From Balanoglossus misakiensis (taxonomy: Eukaryota; Animalia; Hemichordata): 64,000 bases of DNA. Where the stretch lies: contig CM082594.2 in NCBI GenBank assembly GCA_040954595.2, positions 9,490,296 through 9,554,295 on the forward strand, in the 5' to 3' direction. The notes below the pieces were generated by a model, which saw only the letters and a program-made list of their open reading frames with translations, was not told the DNA's origin and ran no database searches. The position numbers were made by a program, and so were the translations under genes. Of this stretch, positions 26,501 through 38,500 are shown in pieces (position 1 is the stretch's first letter; every line of letters begins with the position of its first letter).

Positions 26501-29500
26501 AATATAATCAGTGCTATGATGTGGTTGTGGTATTGTTTAATATAAATAAGTTTTTCAATATTTCTTCTAATTAAAACATAATTTTTTTCTCACCAGGGTA
26601 ACCCTGGTCCAAGAGGTTTGTCAGGAAACCCAGGAGACGATGGCAAAAGAGTAAGTCACTGCATGATTATATCAATAGTTCTCTCAACACTTCTTTTTTT
26701 ATTTTTCAGTATTTCTATTTGTATTTTATATTTCTTAAATTTTCATCTGCGATATGCAATGACAAATTAATTTTGTATTTTGTTTCCAGGGAGACCGTGG
26801 TGATCCTGGTCCACCAGGTGCAGCAGGTGCCCAGGGAGAATCTGTAAGTATAACTCTCTCACCACTATGGTTTAGTCCAAATCCATTGTTTTCTATGGTA
26901 AAGTTGGACCTCTTAAGAGGATACTCAGAGAAGATAATCAGAGAAGACTAGTAAATTTGTTTGACGTTACATTGTAACTTTCTGTTTTGGTAAATTACCA
27001 TGGAAACCACATCAATACCCTACATATTTTGCTGTTTCCTCTAGGGATCTCAAGGTTTACCAGGTTTCCCAGGACAGCCAGGTAGCGTTGGACCAAAGGT
27101 AAGATTTAAATAGAATCCTGTATGCAGATGTTATCATCAGACTTTTCACCGCAATCAGTTTAACGAATCCCCTATACAGGCAAAAACACATGCCTATTCT
27201 ACAGCCCACACTCCAACAACAAAACATATGCTTGACTTTCTATCTCTGTCTAGCTTTCTCATCCTCATGTCAATCATTTTGTCGTTTCCAGGGTGACACT
27301 GGAGATAGAGGCAATCCAGGTCCATCAGGTCTGAAGGGACCCGCTGTAAGTAAATGGTTTCTACCTGCTCACTAGTTTATACTTTAAGTAAAATTCTTTA
27401 TCCCAGATTCCTGGGTTACTTTAAAGGGGAAACATGGTTTATTCCAGATTGACAGTTTTCTGAAAACCAAAATGAACTCATTAGAACATAACAGTGAAAT
27501 AGTTGCGCAAAAAAAATACGCTAACATTTTTCTGTGATTTTGCTATTTATGGATGGAGACAATAAACATCCGACAAACATGGAAATAAAAGAATTATTTA
27601 GGTTACAATTTACACTTTCATATTTACAGGGTGACACAGGAAGACAAGGACCACAGGGTATGCCTGGACCAAGAGTAAGTTGGCTCACTGTATTATCACT
27701 CTATGCACGAAAATGGTTCAATTATTGGCATATATGAGAGAAACGGTGGAATTAACCAAAATTTTACAACACTGGTAATAGTCAGAATTGCAAACTAAAA
27801 CAGAAGTGGAAGGTGCAGCTGATGTATTTCGATGCAAATTGATTCACCTCAGCAGATGCGTACCAGATAATTATTTTTCATGAAACAAAGTTTGTGAGAT
27901 GTAAGTTTTGTTTGAAATCAGAGATTCCTCACAAGTTGTGTGTCTTTAATTGGTATGTTGAGTGTATCGCTTGAAATTTTGATATGGACGTTTCGTTTAT
28001 GTTTTGTCAGGGTATGACAGGCGCTCCAGGTAAAGATGGCCAACAGGGAAGAAGTGGTGCTCCAGGTATTCCTGGCGACGATGGACGAGCTGGAAGTGAA
28101 GGAATGCCTGTAAGTCCAAGTGATGATAGAGGAGCAATCAACAACATTTTCACTTTAAAAAAACCACATGCCAATAGTGCTAGATGTATGTGTGTATATG
28201 TACAATGTGTGTATGTTCCTTCTAACTGTAACATCATCTTCTTCAATTTTTCTTTAGGGTCTGCCTGGCAAGAGTGGTATTATGGGTATGCCTGGTCCCA
28301 AAGGTCCTCAGGTAAGACATCTTCAGAACGACATCATGTGGAACAATTATAGTCTGAATGTTGTGTAGGATATTCTCAATTATCCTCATCAGAATTTCAT
28401 TCAGTGCAGTTTGTAATCCGTTCTTTTCTATCATTTACTTATAAATCTGATGATATTTTTTTTTTCCATTTAGGGTGACCCTGGCAAAGATGGTTCAACT
28501 GGTCAAACAGGTCCCAGAGGAGCAAGGGTAAGGCAATAAATGTTAATGCAGATTTTGAGGGTTTATTATAATTACAGAGAAGTCATATGGAGTAGGTACA
28601 GACTGGAAGAAGTTCAGTATGCGCGCACAGTTCAGTATGCACTTATCGTTTATTTTACTCTGTTGTTTTCCGGTTGTATGTAGGGAGAGCCCGGCAAAGA
28701 TGGTGATCCCGGACTTCCAGGTTTGGTGGGACCCCGTGGTGCAACTGGTGAAAGAGGTGCTCCTGGTGCCGCTGGTGGTCAAGGTTCTATGGGTCCATCT
28801 GGAATGCCAGGTGCACCTGGTGAAGCCGGACCGGCAGGAGAAGCAGGTGTTCAGGGTGATGTGGGACCACCTGGTCCAGCAGGTCCAAGGGTGAGTGATT
28901 GGGTTTACTTGTCTATACTTTTGATATTCCAAAGTTCACTGTTTCAGAATTTTTGTTTCCATTTCTGATCTTGACCAGTATGTGCTGTTTTGCAGATATT
29001 GTGAGAAAATCTAGGGCAATTTGAGCAGTCGCTAGAATTTCTTTTTTATACCTCTCAATGGAATCTCAACATGAGGGATTATTTTCACTGGTTATTCGTA
29101 ATTTTGTTTTGGAAGACACCCCTATAACAAAATATGTTGTCATTAGACTTTGCCTGATTGGACGTGTTCTTAGTCAACTTATGTTTAAAATAAACTTGAG
29201 GTTCTGATATTTAATTGTCTCTGATTTACACAAAATTTATGATTATGTTGTAGGGCATCAAGATATTTTGTCTACGTGCTGCTTCGCAGCAATTCCAAGG
29301 GTAGTTGACAGTTGTCAATTCTCTTGCACCAAGCTTTGCAAATTTGAGAACACACCCTTTTTCTTTATTTTGCCAGTCATTTTAAATAGGACCAGCAACC
29401 TTGCTTGTGGGTTTGCATTTTCTGAAGAAGTCAACACAGTGTGATATGCAAACCCCTTGAACAGAATTCAGGTTTTATTTTTTCATTTTTCCCATTCTGA

Positions 29501-32500
29501 CGTTTAGGGTAGCACAGGTCAGCAAGGAGATCGAGGTCCATCCGGCGCGAGAGGACCTCGTGGCGCACAAGGTCCACAGGGTGACAGAGGAGATGATGGC
29601 GATAAGGTCAGTGGCGGAGGGTTATATACTTCTTATCATTCCACAATCACTCATATGTTGTTTGTACTGTTTGTACGTACAGGGTGAAAGAGGTTTTCCG
29701 GGAGACAGGGGGCGAGTTGGTGCCACTGGAAGACGTGGCCTTCCGGGATCAGCCGGAGAGGCCGGTGCAGAAGGTCAAAAGGTTGGCTAACAACTGCACT
29801 GCATGCACTAACTTTGTACACTGCATGTAAACGTGCATGTGCATGCATGGAAACACGATGGGAATACATTATGTCAAACTCGCATTTATCATTGTACAAA
29901 GTTTCAGGACTATGTTTTGGGTAGAAATTTTGGCCACTGTGAAAAGTTCCCACGTTGCACAGGACGGCAGCTAACCAACTAACCAGCAGAAACCAAAAGA
30001 CAGAATTCATTGAATACCAAGCGAGGACTGCACTGAGCTTCAGCGATCAAAAATATCCAACTCCTGGCTAGCAATATTTGAATCCAGCCATGAAAAGCGT
30101 GATTTTCAGAACATCAAACTTTAAGAACTGAAAATTGCGAAGGAAAGCCCACTGAAAACTGCATGTCTATTTTCAAAATTTATGAAAAATGAAAATTGCA
30201 TGTTGTCGTCAAGGTGAAGACCGAAACACAACCATTAAATGCATGTCCGTTGCCATGGAAAATAGATTACTGCATGACTGCAGGGGAATAAACGCCAATG
30301 AAAATGCATGTCATTGGTCAAGGGTACAATTCGTCTATCTCTCTTCCAGCTTGCATTATTACATTGTTCTTATAATGGTAGAGGGGTAAAACATTTTTAT
30401 CCACCAAACCTTTGGTGGACTTTTGCAGCAATATATCTATGCAACAAGATATGTTCAATCAGTGATGTAGATAGATAAGCTTTGTAAGAGTGAAGAAGAA
30501 ACTATAGTTGATACACAGAGATCAAAAACCAAACCTTGTAGCTGGTTATATGGCAAGCACAGCAGGCATTCGACATTGTGACCAGCTAATACAATAATAT
30601 CTACATCACTGATTCAATTATGGCAGACGGGCCTCGCATTCTCATTCTCAGTTACTTCTGGATGTTATTTTTCCTCTGAAACATTATGATTATGCATGTG
30701 TTTACAGGTAGAGCAGTAAGATTAAAATATCTTGTGAACTTTACTTCCATTGAAAACAGTGCAGAGTTACTTTTTTCAAATGTCTCTTTATAAATAAGTT
30801 TTCTGGTTTTTCTTCATTTTCTTTTTGATCATGCACTACAACAGGTGGTGTTCACTGCTTATGACTTGTCGCATGTTGTGCCTTGTCCAATACGGTAGTG
30901 TTAGTTGCACATTTAAAGTCTTTCTTCTTCCGTTTTCTCCTTTCTTGAAAACAGGGTACATCCGGTGCCCCAGGTCTACCAGGTAAACAAGGCGACATGG
31001 GAATCCAGGTTAGTTAGTAAGCTTTCATTTACAAGTAGGTTGCTTCAACAGATGGCATAGTTGTTTTGAATAGAGAACATATTGTATATCTTGATGACTG
31101 AAAAGTTTCAATGCTTTAGAATGTTGGGCAGATCATGAAGAGAGTCCTCTAGCCCAAAATCATACCTTCTTCCCCAGAGAAAAAAATACTTCAAAAGTTG
31201 ATGAGATCAGCTCTCTCTGGCCAACCAAATTGGCGTTTTTGTTTCATGTCTTGAATTGAGAAGTTAACTGACGGACATTCTACTGATTCTAATAATATTG
31301 ACTAATGTGTCTGAGGCATTGATGAGTAAATATTTGATTTGATTTTCAGGGTCTGCCAGGTCCACAAGGTCTAACTGGTGCTCAAGGTTCCAAAGGAGAC
31401 GCTGTAAGTCTGAATGACAGTCAAAGTGGAAAAAAGCTCTTGATCTTTGTTCAGTGGATGATTCCAAGCTCCAGAATATATTTAGACATCATTTTGCGGT
31501 GAATTTGAACATCTTGACAATCACGTAAATTTTAGGAATTACACTCAAACCAGCAATGTTGTTCTGACCAAAACAGCAAACACTGTAGTGTAAATCAGCA
31601 TCTGCAGTATACCGCAAATGGATTTTTTGTTTATGAAGTTCCACATTTTTATTTGACAGGGAGATTCAGGTGATCCGGGTCCATCCGGTCTGCCAGGAAG
31701 ACCAGGCAATCCAGTAAGTAGAATTTAAATTTTATGGAATTATCCAAGTGAGAGTTACAAAGCAGGTCTCATCTCCTGCAAGGATTTTGCGTGCCATTTT
31801 GTCTGGAATATTTTGGGTGTCTTTACAATACATGACAAAAAGTTGTCCTTTCTTCCCAGGGTCCAAATGGTCCAATAGGTCCAGCCGGTCCCACAGGTCC
31901 ATCAGGAGACAAAGGAGCACTGGGTCCAGCTGGTGCTCCAGGCCCAAGAGGTTCCAGAGGAGAAACAGTAAGAGCCTTTGTTTTCTTCTATTGATAATTT
32001 GCTTGTCATAAGGGTGGCCATTTTAGTTTGTTTTAAAGTTATACATGTATGTCTCCCATCATCTGCGCTTTGGCAAGCTGGCTGAAAAATGAAAATACTT
32101 AAAACAGCTATGTTTGCTAATTAAACTTGGTTTTGAGGGGTGACTCACAATCCCTCGGGGTTACAGACGTATGCTGTTGCCCTCATGGCCTGTCAATATG
32201 TGTATACTGATCACCAACCCATGCCAACCAGGCCATCATAAAAATGTCTGTTGTTTCTTACAGGGAGAACCAGGAGAGCCAGGCAGACAAGGTCAATCCG
32301 GAGACCCAGGCCCATTGGTAAGTATAACTACTTATTTTATGGCAGTGTTTCCTCACATATGAAAAAAAAAATCAACATTTTAGTGAATGTTAAATGATCT
32401 GGGGAAAATCACTAAAAGATGATCTTATTTTTGGAAGTGCCTGTTAATTTGTGTATTTCTAATTTGTATTTATAGGGAAGACCGGGAAGTCCCGGAAGAG

Positions 32501-35500
32501 CAGGCAGACCAGGAGAACCAGGACCCAAGGTAACATTCCCAAATCTCTGTCAACTGTCTAGTTTTGTGAAATGTTTCATAGCACAAGTGGAAAAGCGTCT
32601 GATTGTGATTTTACCTTGAGTAATGTAATGAATGTTTTTTGATTGGTAGGGTGAAGAAGGTGAAGCAGGTACACCAGGTGAACGTGGAGATCAAGGAGAA
32701 ACAGTGAGTACCTTTTCAATTTCTGAAAAAATCTGGTCTATTTTTACCATATAAAGGATAAAATTAGCAAAAAGTTACAAGTTTAACGATCGCTATGGAG
32801 ATAATCCCATGTTGACAATTTCTTTTATCAGGGTGACCCCGGTATTGCTGGCGAGAAAGGAGATAGAGGAGATCGTGGTCTACCTGTAAGTGCATTTTAC
32901 TTCACTTTCCTGTCCTCTGTCTGTGCCTTCTTTGCGCACTCCATTTTCATGCTTCAATACAATGCATTCCTGGAATGTTCCCTGATGTCTAACCACTCTT
33001 TGACAATCCTTAAAATGTCCTGGAAAATTTGAACTCATCCTTAAAAATACTGGAAAATTGATCCACAAAAACATTTGTGATGCACTTATTACATGCTCGC
33101 AACATTTTGAACTGAAATACTCCTGGAAACACCCCTGAAACTGGAATATGTTTCTTTAGTATTTTTTTTAGAATGATATGAATCATTTGATTGTGCTTTT
33201 TCTTTCTAGGGTCCACTTGGCGGTACAGGTCCGAGAGGTGTTCCTGGTGCTGAAGGTACTGTGGTAAGTTGAACAGTCTGTTTATACCTTTAATATTATG
33301 ATTGATCATCACAATGATCTTTACACACAAGAGATTTTCAACAGGACAATTCAGAGATACATTTGAGCAACTTCGTGAGATTTCTTTTCAGTGTTGGACA
33401 TGTGTCTAACAGAATGACCTTTGTTTTCTCTCTAGGGTCCAGTTGGTGAGAAAGGAGATGCCGGAGAACCAGGTCTAGCTGGTGCCAAGGTATGGAACAT
33501 TTTTTGTCAGACATAACCTGGTGGCCCGCCCTGACTATATACTTCTGCAGCTGGAAGGCTATCCTCAGTGAAACATAATGATACAAATGTTCTGTATTCT
33601 GTCTCTCATTTGCTGTGTTCCAGAATATGCAGATACGTGTAGTTCATCATCATTTATCAGTGCTTTTGAAGTACATTGTAGCCATGCAAAACTTCCAGAT
33701 TTGACATTGTTTTGTCCTGATTCCTTAGGGTGAGCCAGGTACAGATGGAGATCCCGGAAGACCCGGACCTGCCGGTGATCCAGGTTTGGAAGGACCGCTC
33801 GGACCAAAGGGAGACCCAGGAAAAGATGGTAAAGATGTAAGTATATCTATTTTTAACCATTTCTGTACAAGAATGAAAAACAAGCCTCAACAACATGTAA
33901 TCATTAATAGTTCTGAATTTCACCTCTAACTTTGTGTCTTTGTTCTTCATTTCAGGGTACACCAGGTACTCCTGGACCATCAGGTATTGTAGGAAATCTC
34001 GGAGGACCGGTAAGTCTGCAAAGTTTCACTGATGAAAATTCAGTTTTCGTAAACATTATCATGACAAGAGAGAACCACCGGTGGTGTGCGTGTTGATCTT
34101 TTTTAGCCCTTTTCTGATTTAATTGAGTCCAAATCATCGACATGATCCCAGGTCACGGTCGAGGACCTCACCATATCCTGTCACATCTTAACAGAGCATG
34201 TAGATCCAGGTTTTCTTTGATTCTATATTGTTCCATTCCACCTCAGCAATGCTATGACTGTGTGTGTAACTGTTTCCATTTTCTCTTCTAGGGTCCCGCT
34301 GGTCCCAGAGGTCTTTCAGGTCAAAAGGGAGAGCCTGGCTCAGCAGTGAGTATCTCACCTTTAGTCAAATGATCATTGCAATCCGTTCTAATATTATTCT
34401 GATTATGATAATTATATAATTATACTTTAATTATTTTACCAGGGTGAACAAGGCAAGAGAGGAGCTCCTGGTCCCGTGGGTCAATCTGGTCCAACAGGTC
34501 AATCAGGAGCCCCTGGTGCTCCTGGTAACCGTGGTGAACCAGGTCCAGAGGTAAGATTTCATTTTGGGCAGCTTCTTAAAGTTGCCTACTCTGTTGGTGA
34601 GATAAATGCTTTTGCTCCTGTCATACTCATGTAGTGTTGTGTGTATTTCAGCAGAATATGAATGAAAAATTAAGCGTTTGTCAGACCAGTTTTCGTTGAT
34701 AGGATGTAGCTTCCATCAGAAATAAATTTCTGTGGCAATGAAAGACTCTGTTGTTCCTAATTGTGTTTTTCACTTGATTGTAGGGTCCAGCTGGTCGGGA
34801 TGGTATCCCAGGTTTGGAAGGACAACCAGGTGGTAAAGGTGATCGTGGTCCATCGGGTGCCCCAGGTGCTAGTGGTATGCCAGGCCATATGGTGAGTATA
34901 TGCAGAAGCGTGGAATCTTAAGTTTGTCGCAAGATGTACTTCTGTTTTCAATCTTGCCTATATGTCTATGGTTACCGCATATCCATTAACTGTTGGATAC
35001 CATCAAGGCAACATCACAAGCTTTCCCATAAATCAAGCCTCAGTCCTCATCTTTGAGCTCCCAGCTGAACATAAGTTTAAATCTTCTTATTTGCAGGGTC
35101 CTCCAGGTCCAGCAGGCAGTGATGGTGCCCCTGGTGGTGATGGTGATCCAGGTGCTCCAGGTCCAGTTGGTCCAGAAGGTCCAAGAGGTGCAAGGGGTCC
35201 CTCTGTAAGTTGACTTGAATGTAACATTCAAACCACCTCAACCCCATCTCTACCATGAATGATTGACCAAACCTTGGCTCATTTCGGCCAAATTGCCACT
35301 TCAGTTGGGTTCTTTTGGCCAGGCACAAATATAGGCTACATGTTATTATACATGTGACATCATACTTTGTCTCTTTTCAGGGAGAAAATGGACTTCCAGG
35401 TCCTACAGGTGCGACAGGTCCAGCTGGTGCTAGAGTAAGTATAGACAGGATGCAATTCTTGGAAAAAAATCCTTATTTTTCACTTTTTTAGTTAATAGCC

Positions 35501-38500
35501 CCTGATACATGATCTGTTAACGTAGTACGTCGCGCCTCAGAAATCAGTTATCAAACTATGGAATCAAGATGTGCAGAAAATTAATCTGTTTTCTTCTTTT
35601 CTTTCTTTCTTCAGGGTACCAAAGGTCATCGTGGTTTCAATGGTATGCCTGGTAACCCAGGTATTTCTGTGAGTACCCACAATACATCAGTCATTTACAT
35701 TACCCACAGTGCATCAGTCATTCACACGGTTATCAAAACCGTTTTTCACCTGGGTGCTGTCATTGCACAGCTTCAACAATACCATTGAAATTTCCATTTC
35801 CAAAAGTGCAAAGATGCACTATGATTTGTCACAATTTTCACTATTCTGATTGGACCTAACACCTGTATTTTCATGCAGGGCGCTGCTGGTGAGAATGGTG
35901 CTCCTGGACCACCTGGTCCACCTGGGCCACGGGTAAGTCAATGCCTTTCTCTGTGTTTTTTATCAAAGTATACAAGCTCGATGAATTGTCACAATTTGAA
36001 GTTAACTAAAATATGCCTAACATCATACGTAGCACACATTTTATTCTTAGACGTGTGAAAATTTTTCATTGGTAGTGAACTAATGTCTTTTGAGAAAATG
36101 AGAGGCAACGACTCTTAATTATGATGTGTATTTTTTGATATAGGGTGAATCTGGTATCAGAGGTCCACCTGGAAGCAATGGTAAAGATGGACAGATGGGT
36201 CCAGGAGGTCCACCTGTAAGTGAACATTGATTGATTGATTTATTGATTTATGTGCATTTACTACATGTTCACCTCATAGATCACAAAAATTGAGTATTTT
36301 AATTGTTATCCATTTAATTATTTTCTAGGGTTTGAGAGGAGCTAGAGGTGACAGTGGAGATGATGTAAGTAAACGTATCTGAATATTAAAAAAATACTCT
36401 GCAGTTTCTATCAGTCCAAAACAGACATCCGGTATCCCAAAACTGTACAGTAAGAAACTTAGACAAAAATGAAGACCAAAAATTTCGCACAACTTCTTTG
36501 CAGTAAACCAACCATTTATCTAGTTTGTTTGCAAATAGCTCATTTTTTCTTGTTATCTTTTTTGTCCTTCAGGGTCAAGTTGGTCCCCCAGGTCCACCCG
36601 GTCCACCTGTAAGTATTATGTCTTTGCAAATTCATCACACAATGATTTTAGGTAGTATGCGTCTTGGGAACAGTTATGTTATGTTTAGACACAATTGCTC
36701 ATAGCAAAAGCATTTTACTGACGTAACCCTTTTCTGGACTTTTTTTTCTTTCACACAGGGTCCACCTGGTTCCGTGGTGAGTACGATTTCCTTTTCTGTC
36801 ACCTGCAGATTTTTAAAGTGAATTAAACCAGATATCCCCACAAATTTGTGGAGAGACGTTGGGAAACAAATCACATCAATTCAGTATCACAGAGTGTCTG
36901 TTTTATACATACTAGTATCTTGTAACCAATATTAAACACGTATGATGGTGAAATGTCCTATGTCATAAAAACATTACTGATTGTTATTGTTTAAAACGGG
37001 ATGAAAATACTAATCATTCGTACATCTTACAATGTTTTGTGCTTCTTTCACACAGCCTGAGTTCAGACAATATCCAGCTTACTTTTCCAACTACGGAGGA
37101 GTCAAAGGACCAGTAAGTGTGATTTCTTTGTAACTCTCGACACATTACATTTTCACCTCTCAAACTTCATAAAATAACAGCGAAATGCTTGAAATACAAA
37201 ACACGACTAACATGTTTTGTTTGGGTTTGTTTGTTCACTGTAGCAAGGAGACCAGCCACTTCCTGATGGTGAAGAGTTCCAAGCCGACAGCATTTCTCAG
37301 AAGTTGCACGACATCGAAGTTATGGCCTCACTGCAGTCACTTAACGATCAAATTGAGTCGATTCAGAGCCCAACTGGAACCAAGAAGAACCCTGCTAGAA
37401 CCTGTCATGACCTTGCACTCTGCCATCCAGATTGGCCAAGCGGTGAGTGTCTTAATTTTATCTTCCCTCTAATGCTTGCCTGGTTTAACACACAAATGCT
37501 GTCAGTCAAGAATTCATTGATTAATGTTAATTGATTATATTTGTTTGTTTGTTGATAGGTAACTATTGGATTGATCCTAACCAGGGATGTGCTGTTGATG
37601 CTATTGAAGTATTCTGTGACTTTGAAACCAAGGAAACTTGTGTGTATCCAAGGAAAGCAGAGGTATGTAGATGTTTGTTTTGAATATCATGGTTTTCCAA
37701 ATAATGTAATATTATTAATTAATTAATGTAATCACACAAGAAGTTAGCTGTAAACATAATTTTTTTGAAAATTGACCTCTCTGTTGTCTTAACCAAACAC
37801 ATATATATATATTTTTTTAATTTAATCCAGGCTACCCGTAAGAACTACTACACAGGACCGAGTAAATATGTCTGGTTTGGTGATAGCATGAAAGGTGGAT
37901 TCCAGGTATGAAAATGAATTTTAATTTAATTATAATTATTTCTTATATGATTCATTACCTTATGCTGATATTTTAACGCTTCATTGAAGTGTATTTACAT
38001 ATACAGTATCATTAGATACCTAAAACTCTCCTCAGATTGTGTTTGACATTCTCAAGACATTGGATTGGTCCAAATATTTTCCACCAACAACACTGACATT
38101 GGATTGGTCCAAATATGTTCCACCAACAACACTGCATCATGGGAAATATCACAAGAATCAGTGTTTGATATACCGGTACAGAAGAAATTCAAAACTCTGA
38201 AAATATTCTGAAAGACCTGACAGCTGCCGTCCCTTCAATCCCAAAAGCAATCAGACCATTTGAACCGCTTTCAATCTATAATTTACATTTTGTTGTTCTG
38301 ATTTCAGTTCACATACGACATCGAAGTTGTCCAGTTTACATTCCTTCGTCTTCTGAGTACAAAAGCTAAGCAAAACGTCACCTATCACTGCAAGAACTCA
38401 GTTGGATATTACGACGCAGAGAATGATAACTTGAAGAAGGCTGTGAAGTTCCTTTCAGACGCAGATGTAGAACTAGTTGCAGAGGGTAGATCTCGCTTCC

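Noticed and set aside
29580-29606. RGD in exon 31A as a unique isoform-specific integrin motif
   Set aside because: RGD also occurs in constitutive exons (for example 26790, 32650, 32832, 36329) and is usually cryptic in native helices, so it is not strong evidence on its own.
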